Shown: piece after piece, positions 12,681 through 25,039 of the stretch
How the letters are laid out: each line of letters begins with the position of its first letter
How positions within the stretch are numbered: position 1 is the first letter of the stretch
Source: Lama guanicoe
Lineage: Eukaryota
Assembly: GCA_013239625.1 (NCBI GenBank)
Contig: MU054220.1
Span: 3,845,374-3,909,373, forward strand
Length of the DNA: 64,000 nt
Direction: 5' to 3'
Notes under the pieces: generated by a model
What the model saw: the letters and a program-made list of their open reading frames with translations, nothing else
Told to the model about the DNA's origin: nothing
Databases searched by the model: none
Position numbers and translations under genes: made by a program

Positions 12681-15284
12681 CCCATTCAAATGCCACCTGG
12701 ATTCTACAGCTGCCTTCGGAACTTTTCCTTCTAGAAGAGCGTTTAATTTTAATCCCTTACACTTCTCACCAGGACACATGCACCAGCTCACACTCACAAC
12801 TTTATTTATATATATTGTTCTCATTATTATTGTTTTGTCAAAAAGATTCTTTATCAGTGAGATCTGTTTTCTTTGTATACACACACACACACACACACGT
12901 ACCTCTCCAACATGTTTGAATAGACCTCTGAATAGAGTGGTAGGGCTACTTAGAAACAAAAATTGCCCATTATTCAAATTCAATTACATAGCAACCACTT
13001 TTTAAAAAGAGTATTTTTATTTGAGTTTATTGTGGGCCGAATCATTTGACATTTTCTTTCTTCAAACCACTTGGAGAAGAAAAAAAATGATCAAATGAAA
13101 GGGAGGAAATATTATGCATATCATCCCAGCTCTTAAAAATACTGCTGATGGGTTTTCCTCTTGCACTTTTAATTTATTTAAACAACACCCCCACTTCCAT
13201 CAACAACCACGCCTCAGCTTCCTGATTGCTTTTCTCCAGGGCATTCGAGGCTTTTCGGTTATATGCCCCATTGGAGACTCTGAGGGGACATTCTAGAGTC
13301 AGCAGGAGACGCGGAGGTCAGGCAGCCCCACTCCTCAGGGTGTGGCTGCAACGTCAGAAGAGTCCACAAAAGACACGAGTGCTAGTTCGAGCCAAAACAG
13401 GATTAGGCCCTAGGCTCTGACTCTCTGGACTCCCCGTCCAGTGCTCTCCCCATGTCTTCAGTGGGGGAATGGTAAGGACAGCAATTCACAGACTGGGTCT
13501 AGTCTGTGGTCCAGCCCCGCCCTGCTCCCTCAATTCCCAGGTCTCCTTGGGCCCTTCAGGCTCTGAGCTCGGCCCCCAGGGTCCGTCCCCATTTGGTCTC
13601 TGGGCTCAGAGGAGGGAAGGGTCGCTGGGGAAAGTCACCACCTGTGGCCCCAGCTCTAGCCCCTCCGCGGCACCAGAGCCTACCCTCCATCTCCTCAGCC
13701 TCGCAGAACAAGCAGGCAGCGGCCTCAGAGGTCGTTGTGTTTGCCTTGGCTCCACAGCCTACTTCCCCAGCAAGAAGCTGCTGGAAAGGAAAATAAAACA
13801 ACAACAAAAAGCCCTTTGATCTGCCAACGGACATCCTCGTCCAGCCCTGGACGAAGGGGGAAAGCACTGTTTTAGTGACCTGCCGGCCTCCCTCTCACCA
13901 GCGCTCTCCACAGGGCCCCAGGGCCTTCCGCAGACCCCGCCTGGCTCGGGCTCCCAGACCCCGTCAGATGGAGGGTTCAAAACGACATCTGTGGAGACCA
14001 GGGGAGCAGGATGAGGCCAGAAAGGGCCGAGAAGTACGGGAGAGAGAAGACGGCTGCTGACCCAGCTGGCCAGTCTGCAGTAGGTCTCCACAGACTGTCT
14101 GCCTGGTGGAGTGTCAGGAAAGGGGTGTGTTCGAGAAAAGCGGCTCCGTTTACCAGTAGGGAATCGGGCAAAAGCATCATGGCTGTCCAGGCGGTGATAT
14201 GCCCGGCATCCATCCCCAAAGGACACCAAAGGTAACTGACACCTGAGCTGTGCCTCTCCCATACCCCGTGGTCCACCCTGGAGACCCCGACAGCTCCAGG
14301 GGACAGTCCTGCTCACTCTGGTAGCCTCTACTCAAGCACCCCCATCAGTCTCTTGGCTTGAAGGCAGGCTGGAAGTTTCTGGAAGCTGATGTCCCCAGGA
14401 GTAACTCTCAATCAATGAGAGATGGGAGTTGGTGACCACGGGCTGGGCCAATTCTGAGGGGTGCTCCACACAGTCCCCGGGAGGGTCCCCAGTGGGAGGC
14501 TGCTCATTAGCGCATCTTTCCTTGGCTCCCCGCCCCCCTCCCTGCCCACCCACCTCTCTGGGGCCAACCTCATAAGTAAACTGTACCCAAATCCTTGCTC
14601 GGGGTCTGTTTTTGGAGACACCCAACTAAACCAAGGCAGAAGGAACAAATGAAAAAAGGCAAGATGCAGAGTAGAAGGTCTGGAATGCCGCCAGGTGTAC
14701 GGAAGTGGTGGGCACCCATTTACTGAGGACAATTCGGCAGAGACAGGGTGCTGCTCACACTGCTGTCTCTGGTGAGGAGACTGGCTTAAGACTGCGTTTC
14801 CATTGAATATGCTTTTGCTCTATTTCCATAGTCTCTTACTATGCTTACTCGGGTTATTTTTCCCTTAGGTCTTCCACCAGTAAAAAGTGATTATTTTTCA
14901 AGGGCTTCTGATAACTCCTGGAAAATCAAATACATGAACTCTGGTGAGGAAGAAAACCTGGGAATCGATAACCCCCCCTCACTTCCTAGGACCCTCCCAC
15001 TTCCTCTTGCTTCATTGTGGCCTCAGCCTCCCTCTCAGTTCACATCAGGACAACAGGTCCCAATTCCCTTCGAGGTTTGGCAGCTGCCGCTGAACAGGGG
15101 ATTAAGGACTAGAGCAGAGCAAAGAGCCAGGCGAGAAGCCTCTGGGAACCCCGGATCCTGATTTCCTCCCACCCTGGCTGTTAGGACATGAACGGACTCC
15201 AGCAGGGGAGACCCTGGTGTCCCACAGAGCACAGCCAGGGAACAGACCATCTGATGCTTGAAAGTGGGCTTGGGGTTCAGAACA

Positions 15285-15550
15285 GCTGAGTCTTTAAAGA
15301 GATGATTAAATTAAACCAAGGCTTTTAGGGTGGGTCCTAATCCAATCTGACTAATGTCCTTATAAAGAAGAGGAAGCTTGGACCCCCAAGAGACACCAGG
15401 GGTGCTCATGCACAGGAGAAAGACCATTTGAGGACACAACGTGAAGGCAGCCTTCTGCAAGCCAAGGAGAGAGACCACAGAAGAAACTGAATCTGCTGAC
15501 ACCTTGATCATGAACTTCTACCCTCCAAAACTGTGAGAAAATAAATCTGG
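15285..15550 (+). mobile_element. MaLR LTR fragment (MLT1A/B-like)
   Basis: agggtgggtcctaatccaatctgactaatgtccttataaag...ctgcaagccaaggagagagacc...gacaccttgatc...aactgtgagaaaataaat. Confidence 0.85.
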
Positions 15551-15829
15551 CAAGAATTAACTCATTTAATCCTCACAACAACCTAGTAAATTAGATACCG
15601 TTTTTAGTCCCATTTTATGGATGAGAAAATGACACAGAGGTTGAGTAACTTGCCAAAGGTTGCAGAGGTGATGAGTGGTAGAGCTGGGACTGTCAACCAT
15701 TCCATTGGATGAGATCAGACTTGTAGGTGCCTGGCACACTGAAAGTGATCAACACACGTTAGCTCTGCTCTTTACCCCAAAGAACCTGAAAAAGACTGGT
15801 CTGCAGAAGGAAAAATGGTGGGAGGCACC

Positions 15830-16330
15830 TTGTGAGCACCTGCCAGGTGCCTGGGATCCAAGGATGAGCTAAGACAGAAGGGTCCCTGCTCTCCAGGGCT
15901 TACACTAGAGTGGGAGAGATGGATGTTAAATAATCACATGGATAAGTTAACAATCGCCTAACTGTGACAAACTTCTGTTAAGGAGCGGATGGTGGAGCAA
16001 TCAGAGCCAATAGGTGGGAAATTTGGCCCACTTGGGAGTCAGGAGGGGCTTCCTGGAGGAGGTGATGGGATCCAAAGGATGAGGAGGAGTTGGGTAGCTA
16101 AAGAGGGCGGGAAAGCATTGCAGGGGTAGGGGAAGTGCATGCAGAGCAGCCTGTGCAGCTGGTAGGGGTGGGGGGCAGCAGGGTGTTGGCAAGAGAAGAA
16201 GCAAGTTAACAGGTATGGAGCAAAGGGAGGCAGGCTCAGGTCAGGGAGGGGCAGAGGCTGCAAGAAGGCCTTCTGAACACAAGTCAGAATCTATTGAAAG
16301 GTTTTGAGCTGGAGGTGGCTTGCAGGATCA
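15830..16330 (-). mobile_element. L2 LINE fragment
   Basis: gtccctgctctccagggcttacactagagtggg...ggcttcctggaggaggtga...; antisense L2 3' region. Confidence 0.7.
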
Positions 16331-17172
16331 CATTACACAACAGATGTTTTCCCTAACAAAGTGTGTAAGTCAAACTTCAGTAAATTGAATTTTATTTTTA
16401 AGGCAGTTGGGAGGAATGGGAATCTGAGAGTTAATCTGTCTGTAAATTGGATGAGGATCCTCTGATCCAGCTGGCGTTTTCCTAGACCCGGCTGCCCCGA
16501 GTGAGGTACCCGTTAGGGAATAATACCGTAGGACTGCCCTCCCTTCCGTGTGTCTGAATGTTGGCGAGTGTCTCTGCTGGCCGTGCCCGTCTGTTCCCCC
16601 ATAAGTGGTGGGGACATCCAACACGGCAAATTGTGGCTCTTCCCACCGGCAACCACATAGCCTGTGTCTGGTAACCACCAGTTTCCAGGCTCCCTTCCCT
16701 AGCTCCTCCTTATCCTCCAAGCTTTCACTTGTACTTATTTCTATGGGGAGGCCTTCATGGCCCCAACTCCCAGATGGAAGTGCTTTCCCTGAGTATGGCT
16801 CCCCACTGGGTATGTCCCCATGCTGTCCCCAGTGCCCCCACAGAAGGGAGGTTACGGGCAGAGGCCTTGGTGCACAGCAAGAAAGGATGTGATCCCAAAG
16901 AATCTATGACTAAGCAGTCATTCATTCATTCATTCATTCAGCATGTTTGTACTAAACATCTGTTCATCCCCAGGCACTGGGCTACATGCTGCAGGTTCCA
17001 TGGAGAATGAAACAAACAGGTCTCTGCCCTCTTTCCACTGAGTGAAACAGATAATAAATAAAATAATTAGAATAATCCCAACATTCATTGAATACTTTTG
17101 AAGTGCCACATTCAATCCTAAAAGATACATTTATGCACTTTAGTCTTATTTTATCCTCATGAAACCTTAGGA

Positions 17173-17268
17173 GGGTGATCATTTTGCAGTAGATACAAAC
17201 ATTGAATAAGTATGTTGCACACGTGAAACTGGTATGTTTTATGTCAATTACACCTCAATTTAAAAAAA
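17173..17268 (+). mobile_element. Very short L1 (L1MA-like) 3' tail inserted in a MIR
   Basis: ggtgatcattttgc...atgtcaattacacctcaattt plus poly-A. Imperfect TSD aaacctta(g/t)ga at ~17162-17172 and ~17269-17279. Confidence 0.65.
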
Positions 17269-17913
17269 AAACCTTATGAAGTAAAATGGTAGTACGGAGA
17301 AGTTAAGCATTTTGTCAAAGGCCAAATAAAGGTCATGGAATGTGTCTGAACTGGGACTTGAACCCGGGCTCTTACGTTCAGAAACCATACTCCTACCTAA
17401 TCTGGATGGCGTGTTGCCTCTCTGCTTTCAAGGTATGGGGATGCAGCTGTGTATCTGAACCCTCGGCCTCCACAGCTGATGGAGACGGAGATGGCAGGCA
17501 ACTCCAGAAAGACGAGCTGAAATAAATGTAAATGGTGCCCTTCCTGCATTCATTCCAAATCATTATTTCTAGACAACATTCTATCTGCAATTGGTCACAA
17601 CTCGCATGCGTTGACGTTTCCTGAGCACAGAATAAACACCGTGCACCCTTCCAGGCCTGTTGGGAGGGAACAAAATATGGAAAACAGCGTCTGACCAACG
17701 TTAGCTGTGGACGAAGTGTATCTGACACACTTACCTCTTCTGATGCACATAACTAGGCCACGAGGTGGGGATGAATTGATAAGAAAACTGAAAGGTACAG
17801 AAATTAACTGACCAATGACTTACTATTTGTATAGTTGTATGACCTTGGGTAAATTACTTAACCTCTTGGGTTGGTTTTCTTGGTCGCAAAATGAAGTGAT
17901 AACAGTACCCACC

Positions 17914-18331
17914 TGCTATGGGTTGAATTGTGTGTCTCCCAAAGATATGTTGATGACCTGACCCCTGGTACGTGTCGTGACCTTAATTGAAAACAGGGTC
18001 TTTGCAGATTCATTCAGGTTAAGATGAGGTCATAAGGCCCCAATCCACTGTGGCTGGTATCCTCATAACACGAGGAAAGACAAACACAGGGAAAACACCA
18101 TGTGACGACAGAGGGGGAGACTGGAGTGATGTGTCCACAAGCCAAGGAACATCAGGGATTGCCAGCAGCCACCAGAAGCAAGGAAGGAGCAAGGAAGGAC
18201 CGTCCCCAAGAGCTGGGACAACACTTTGATTTTGGAATTTTAGCCTCCAGAACTGTGAGAGGATGAATGTCTGCTGTTTGAACACTCCCACTTTATGGGA
18301 CTTGTTACTGAAGCCCTGGGAAACCAGTATA
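17914..18331 (+). mobile_element. MaLR solo LTR (MLT1C-like) inserted in a MIR
   Basis: Starts tgctatgggttgaattgtg; typical gttaagatgaggtcata and agcctccagaactgtgagag. 5-bp TSD ccacc at 17909-17913 and 18332-18336. Removing it rebuilds the MIR motif agtacccacctcat. Confidence 0.9.
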
Positions 18332-19649
18332 CCACCTCATCGGGCCCTTGAGCTGGTCCCCAGCTCTGCAGTAGAAGGCCACTCTCTTTAGTGCCCCCAG
18401 GAACAAGGCTTCACTATGCCCAGGGGGGCCATGGGCCACCACAGAACCCCAACTTAGGAAGCCATCCTCTCCTAAAGACCCTTCTACCCAGTGTCTAGCC
18501 CACCAGCTCTTCCTGGGGGGTCTTTTTCGGGGGACAGTTAATCCCCATTATTCCAGGGGTGTTTATATTTTGGCTGGAGAAGCATCTCATTCCCCTGGGG
18601 GCTAAAAACTCAGAGCAGATGAGCCCCTGGGTCTGCCCTGCTGGAGGGATCCTAAACGTCAGGCACCAGGTGGTGGTACGCTGCTTCCCCAGGAGGCCAA
18701 GGCACACTTGGCCAGGGAGAGCACTGAAATCTGTCCCAGCAACACAGGCAGGGGGCCTCTCTCGGCAGCACCCCCAGGGCCCTGTGCCAGTGGCGGTAAT
18801 TAGACTTGAAAAGACGGGCCTGAATCCAAGGGCCAGGGCTCCAAATTCTTCTCCCATTTCAAATGGAAGCCATATTAGTTCAACATGAGAGCTCAGCCCA
18901 AGGCCACCCAGGATGGGCACCGAGCCTCTCCATTCAAGAGAAAGGAATGATGGGTGGGTGTGCGGGACTGCGTGGGTGGGACAGGAAACACAGATAACCT
19001 TCCACGTTATTTGGGGGGCACCCCAAAGCTTGAATGCACAGCAGTCCCCATAGCATTGTGTGTGGGGCCCAAATTCCTATGGCTTTCACCAGGAACATCT
19101 AACACTACGGCTTCTCATGCCTCTGCACCACTCCTTCAGCTACCAGACAGTCCCTGCAGCCTTCCCCTCCCCATCTCCCCCCCAGCCCCTTCCCCCTTGG
19201 CCCCATGCACACACGAAGACGAATATTGAAGCTCTACCCCACTAGGGCATGAGAGGAGGAGACAGGAGCAAAAGCAGGTTCTGGAGGATCCTGAAAGTTC
19301 TCAGCAGTAAAGTTCAACAAGGCAAAGGAGGCCATGGGAGCCCTGAGCTGAAGGTCAAGGGCCCGGCCCAGTGTCCTTGCAGTGTGCTTACTTGCCAGTC
19401 CCTTGGCCTCTGTGAGCCCCACCTCCCTCTAGTGTATTATGGGCACTATATGATCTGCCCAGAGACCATTTCCATGTACATGGTCTGTCATCTCTAAAGA
19501 GCAATGGGCATCGGGGTTCATTTAGGAAAGGAAGTTTTCATGTTTTAAGGGCTGACGATGTGCCAAGTCTGTGCTAGAAGTTTTAAATGCATCATCTCAA
19601 TTAATCCTCAAAGTACCCTATCCAGGAAATATGAACGCAGGGAGTTAGT

Positions 19650-19990
19650 GCTCAGCAAATATCCAGCCTCCCTTGCAGCTGGTGTGGGGCCATGTGACAG
19701 TTCCAACCAATGCACTGGAGCTGAAGTGATGTGTGTCACCTCCTGGCTGAAGCAGCTGAGCGTTATTGTGCCTTTTCTTTCTCCATCTCTCTCTTGGCCT
19801 TCTGAGTAACCATGGATGCCACGTCACCCAGGAGGTGCAGCTACAAAGACGGTGGAGTCACCATTAGCCTGGGTCCCTGAGTAACTGCGTGGAGCAGAGA
19901 TTCATGTTAGACAAGTAATGTGAGTGAGAATTAAAGCCACTGAGCGTTTAGTGTCATCTGCTGTGGCTGCTGGTGTGACTTAGCATAACA
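19650..19990 (+). mobile_element. MaLR LTR (MLT1J/K-like)
   Basis: cagcctcccttgcagct...ggccatgtgac...ccaatg...aagtgatgtgtgtcacc...agcctgggtccctgagtaactgcgtggagcagag...taaagccactgag. Confidence 0.75.
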
Positions 19991-20935
19991 ATGTTATTAC
20001 TGCTATTATTCTGTTTTTCACAGATAAGGAAACCAAGGCCACAGAGCCAATAAATGGCAGAAACAAGAAGCAAGTTCACATCTGTGACTACAACACGTAT
20101 CCTCTTTCGATTACAACCTCTCATTGCTTAATAAGATCATTTCCCTTCCTGTAAGCAGCCTTATCCCCAAAAACTCCTACCTTTCAGTGTACCCGGGTAA
20201 ACAATGTAGGATGAAAAAAGAGATGAGGCACTCTGAGACTAGAACACGAGCCAAAAAGTAGGGAGGAGGGGGCCTGATCACATCTCAGGGAAATCTTTCT
20301 TGAGGCTTTGGGGCTCACAGGAAGTTTTGCTAGGAGGGGAAATATCACAGAGTAGTTTCAAGCACAGAATGGAGAATCAGATCAACCTAGGATCAAATTC
20401 CAGTCCCACCATTTCTTCTCTTGATTTTTCTGAGCCCTACTTCCTAATCTGTAAAATGCGGACAATGGCTGAACCAACTTTGAGGGTGGAGGGAACTTGA
20501 AGCCTCGTCTAGCTCCTGGCCAATGGTGAGTGCTCCCAAAACGTCTGCCATCAGAAAGATCATCACTAGGATGGCTCAGAGCACCGGACGTGCTGGGCGG
20601 AGATGAGGCAGAGGCTGCCCAGCCAGGACGGCTGATACAGCCCAGACAGCAGACCTGGCCCGGCCCACATCCCTGCAACAGACCAAGGGGTAGGACACGG
20701 AGAGGGAAGCAGGGCCAGCCAGACATGGTGCAATGCAGCCAAGGAGCCAGATGATTTATTTTAAAGCCAAAAGTGTCTTCTAGGAGGACGGCCTTTTATT
20801 TGGGTGAATATGGGTGTTGTTTATTAGCTTAAACTCATTATCTGCACATATGGTCCTCGTACTATAGTTAAGGGTGGGAAACAAAGGATGGACGGGAAAG
20901 GACAGGCAAACACTAGCTGATGAAATGTCATCCCT

Positions 20936-20971
20936 CACGTGCCAGAAACCAGGGTATTTTCAGTGACGTCA
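20936..20971. promoter_or_regulatory. Candidate intronic enhancer: E-box plus full CRE
   Basis: CACGTG at 20936-20941 and palindromic TGACGTCA at 20964-20971 in non-repeat DNA. Function inferred only. Confidence 0.35.
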
Positions 20972-21126
20972 AATTGGGCTCCCTGCCACAAGGATGGGGC
21001 TATCGTGAGAATACTCACAAGATTTTAACTCAGGAGTCCCTCAGTAAGGCAAGGAAAGGATGAAAACAAACAAACAAACAAAAAAGCAATTTGTTTCATT
21101 CACCCCTGTCTGCCATCTCAAAAGCA

Positions 21127-21127
<1 letters not shown>

Positions 21128-21159
<32 letters not shown>
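21128..21159. repeat. (AC)n microsatellite
   Basis: Direct reading. Confidence 0.97.
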
Positions 21160-21161
<2 letters not shown>

Positions 21162-21269
21162 CCCATGCCCCACAATATCAGAGCTGGAAAGGATCAGTGT
21201 TGATCTCCCCACTGCACAGCAGCGGTGACGATGATAGTGACGATGATAGTGACAATGATGGCAGTCAGT

Positions 21270-21470
21270 ATTGCTGAACATTCTCTACCTGCTGGGCACT
21301 GGGCTAAGTGTTTCGCATGTTTTATCCTGTTGCAGTTTCACAACAATCTGATGGAGTATTATTAGCCCCATTTTACAGATCAGGAAACTGAGGCACCAGA
21401 GGTTGAATGGCCTAAGGTCACACAACTAATATGTAGGAGAAAGCCGACACTAAAACCCAGGAAGCCTAAC
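21270..21470 (-). mobile_element. MIR SINE
   Basis: ccccattttacagatcaggaaactgaggcaccagagg...cctaaggtcacacaact. Confidence 0.85.
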
Positions 21471-23995
21471 CGTCTCGTGGTTAAAAAAAATAGGGAAACT
21501 GCAGCTCAGAGAGGGGCAGTGACTCACTTGAGGTCCCACATCTCCATCTGTGACAGAATTGGGGCTCCCTCCTCCTGGTCCAGCTGGTCTAGCAACCTTT
21601 CCACTCCATCCTGTTGCCAATCAGTATATACACACATGCATACAACCAATGAACATGTTTTTGCCCATCTCCAAGTTGTTTAATTACTAATTAAACCAAC
21701 AGTCTTGGATGCAGACAAGGGGCAAGAGTTGGACCTTACAATGACAAGTGCCGAGATGAAAGACCTGCTTTGCCGGCTGCAGACTCTGAGGCTCATCTCC
21801 CTCTCCCCTTCTTTTTAATAAGTGTTTCATTATCTACACACACACACACACACGCACCACCCCCATCAGAGCGTTGATGCGCGTCCAAGGTGGCAGCCCG
21901 TGCAGCAGGAGGAGCCCGGGCTGGCAGGTTACTTAATGGCATCAGACTGCAGAAATACCCGATCAACCGATCATCTGCTCCGGGGGACTGAAGTGCTAGT
22001 TTCCAAGGTCCCCTCCCTCTGCTGTGTCCCAGCTGAGCACGAACAAATGTTCCTGATTTTCCTTCTCAATGGCTGATGAAATAGACCAGAAGAGCAGCCC
22101 TCTGGAAAGAGGGGTCCCTCAAAGGGGCAGCCCAGCCTTCACCATTTGCTCTTCCCAGGGAAGGGGAAGGAGTAAACGCTGGCTAGGCATCCAGAGAAAG
22201 ATAATATGCAAGCTTATGGACAGAAATGGGGCTCCCAGCAGAAACTGGTCGCCAACATCAGCGTCTATCCATAAACTGCAGACCGATGGAGGACAGGCAC
22301 CTGGCTCACTTTGCTGTGTAGGTGCGAAGCGGCGCAAGACAGCCAGGAGACGTGCCCTCCACTGGACAGAGGGCAGAGCGGGGCTGCCCAGCACCCTCAG
22401 ACATTAGACTCTCCTGACTTTAAGTTGCAAGCAGCCCCCCCACCCTGCTAAAATCTCCAGGCCAACACCCTCATTTTATATGCTGAAAAAGCAGATTCAA
22501 GAGGGGAAGTTGCTGGCTATCAGCATCCCTCGGGGGCTCAATGCCATCTTCTCTACGGGGCTGGTTGGGTATGTAGGGGGTGTAGAGAGCAAGGATAGAA
22601 CGCAGAGCTGCCAGCCCTCTGGGGTCCCGTGGCCCCTTGCTCATGCCCAGGTTCCAGGGGCGACACTGTTCTGGGCAGGCTTCCCTCAGCAGAAAAACAA
22701 GAGTCACTAAAAACAAAACAAAGAAAAACCAAAACAACTCCTCTTTGTTTTCTGGCCCCACGGAATGTCTTGAAGACAAATCCAGAGACAGAGGGCTTCT
22801 CCACCCTTTCCTCTGTCTCCTCCCTACTCGTCCTCTTCTATTCAAAATAAAAACCATGCTGATCTTTCTTTATGGCAATTTTGTCCTCGAGCAATTTGAG
22901 CGCATCCAACAAAAACATTTGCTGGGCTACACTGAAAGCAAGAGCCTCAACTCTTTTTCAGGGACCACCCCATTTCCATCACCCTTGCAGGGGACTCTGG
23001 GGACATGGGAGTGGGGAGGGGGTGCTGCCCAATGAGTGCACGTCTGCAGCCAAGAGAAAGAGGAAAACTTCCACTGGCCACTATGAGGCCACTGAGCGGT
23101 CTTGATTTGCTCATTGCTACTCACTTGGGGTGCAGGGAGGAGGGAGGGAATTAGAGAGAAAGATGAGGCCACAGTCCCTTGGATGTCCCTTCAATGTCGA
23201 ACAGCCCTACACATGACAAAGATGATGCTCTTCATAGAGGCCAGCAGCCGTGTGGCTTCCCAAGGCCTCAGCACAGACGCACAGACTCAACACACCAGGG
23301 CCCTGAGGTCACACAAAGGGACACGTACCAGGTTTCCACCAATAATTGTGAAATGACAGAATGAATGTGGCCCCGAAGACCCCAGACACCAAGTGGAGGG
23401 GCTCTTGTTGACTAAGAAATTTACCACTTGAGCCTGGACTGCTAAAGACTTTAAGGGACTCCCATCACCCACACCTTGTTCCTCTCAGTTTATTTGTGCC
23501 CAGAAAGGAGATACACCCCAAGACTCTCATCCCACTCACATCAGATAGGGATCTGGCCAGATTCGTAGAACAAAGGTACAACTTTTACAAAAAGGGTGCA
23601 TTCAGCTGTTGAGGTTTCAGACTTCCAAGAAACCTCAAAAAATTAATTCTCCCATCTACTTACTCCACACCAATTCGCTGTTAATATGAAGTTCCCCTCC
23701 TTTTTTGTTTTTCTGGGACTGAATTTTTTATTCACCCACACATCCTGCCAGCACCCCCCACAAAAAAACCAGTTCCTGACAGCCAAGCTTTTCAGTACAT
23801 AGTTTAGCTGACTGTGGGCACTCCCGCCTCACTCTCCGACTCTTTGTCGCATTCCGGCTTGGATGGGGTACTCCTCAGAGCGGGCCCCCGCGTGTGTTGA
23901 GGGTTGATCTATGGTTGTCGGTCCCAGGTTTTGGCGCATTTGTCTCTCGAAGGAACTAGGCATCGCCTTTCTGAGAGTGGAAGGGCCAGAGAACG

Positions 23996-24009
23996 GCGCC
24001 CCCTGGCGG
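23996..24009 (-). promoter_or_regulatory. CTCF core motif
   Basis: Minus strand reads CCGCCAGGGGGCGC, essentially the CTCF core consensus. Confidence 0.65.
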
Positions 24010-24727
24010 GAGACAACTCACCTCAATCCAGCCGGGACCCAAAGCCGGCGCGAACCCACCCGTGCCCGCCAGCCCTGCAAGCGGACTCTCACTACGCCCC
24101 CTAAATCTGGACGCGCTCGAGCTTCGGATCCACCGAGCACCCAACGGAGTCTCAGCTTCCCCAAACCGCACACACCGTACGGACTAAAGGGAGCCCTGAA
24201 GAAAAGCGTGGCGCCCCCGCCCCGCCCCACTTCCAGGAACCCCGAAGGCGGCCTGCCCTCAGTGCCCCTAATGGGCCCAGCAATCCTCCTGGCCCGGATC
24301 CCTCTCCTAATCCCTAGTCCCTACCTGTCCCCGTACAGAGTGGCATGGCGCGCATCCTCTCCCTCAGGGCGCAGCCCTAGCCAACACCCCAACCTTGTAA
24401 CCACACCTGCTACCCCCGCCATTCTTCAGGCGCCCCTCACTCACCTGCCTGGAGCACCGACTGGCGCTGCACCTGTCCCTGGGGAAGCCCCTGGCCCTTG
24501 GCGGATTCGGGGCAGGAATGGGGGCGAGCACGTCTCCCCTGCCCTCTCCCCAGGCTAGTTTAAGTAGAACTTGGTTCCTGGGCTTCCCCAGGACCATCCT
24601 GGGATCCCCCCATTCTACTCCCAGCCTCACCGTGCCCAACAGTCGACCGAGGGGAGCGCGCTCGGATCCCCAAATCGTCCAGGGCGCGGCGGGGCGCACG
24701 AAAGGCACGGAGGTACAGAGCCCCTAC

Positions 24728-25025
24728 CTTCCAGCGGTAGCGGCCAAACCCCGCGCCAACTCCCGCCAGCGGCCGCGGGGGAAACTTTCCCCGGGCGGAG
24801 AGGCGCGCTCGCAACTTGCTCGGCGCCGGCTGCCTTCCCGGCGGTGGCGGCGGCGGCGCGTCCGGGGACCGGCTGGCGCGAGGCGGCGGCGGCGCTCGCT
24901 TGGTGATCGGGGCCGGGGCTCGGGCTCGGGCGGCCTCGCGCGGCTCCGCGGTGGATTGCTCGGCGCTGCGTCCTCCCCGCAGCCTGGAGCCCCCGAGACG
25001 CCGGAGGCAGCTGCAGCCGCCCGCC
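24728..25025 (-). other. Putative non-coding first exon (5'UTR) of a large minus-strand gene; 5' end uncertain; DLGAP4 is an unverified guess
   Basis: Lies in the densest part of the CpG island. Minus strand ends ...CGCTGGAAG|GTAGGGG, a canonical 5' splice site with the intron starting at 24727. No ATG in the segment, and no recognisable coding exon in the 24.7 kb downstream. Confidence 0.65.
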
Positions 25026-25027
25026 TG

Positions 25028-25039
25028 CCCCCCCCCCCG

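Noticed and set aside
22690..22740. Minus-strand acceptor-like tract (tttgttttgtttttag|tg)
   Set aside because: A simple A/C-rich run with no convincing paired donor; such pseudo-acceptors are common in long introns.
23911..24558. 215-aa Pro/Arg-rich ORF
   Set aside because: Chance ORF in CpG-island sequence with no recognisable protein family.
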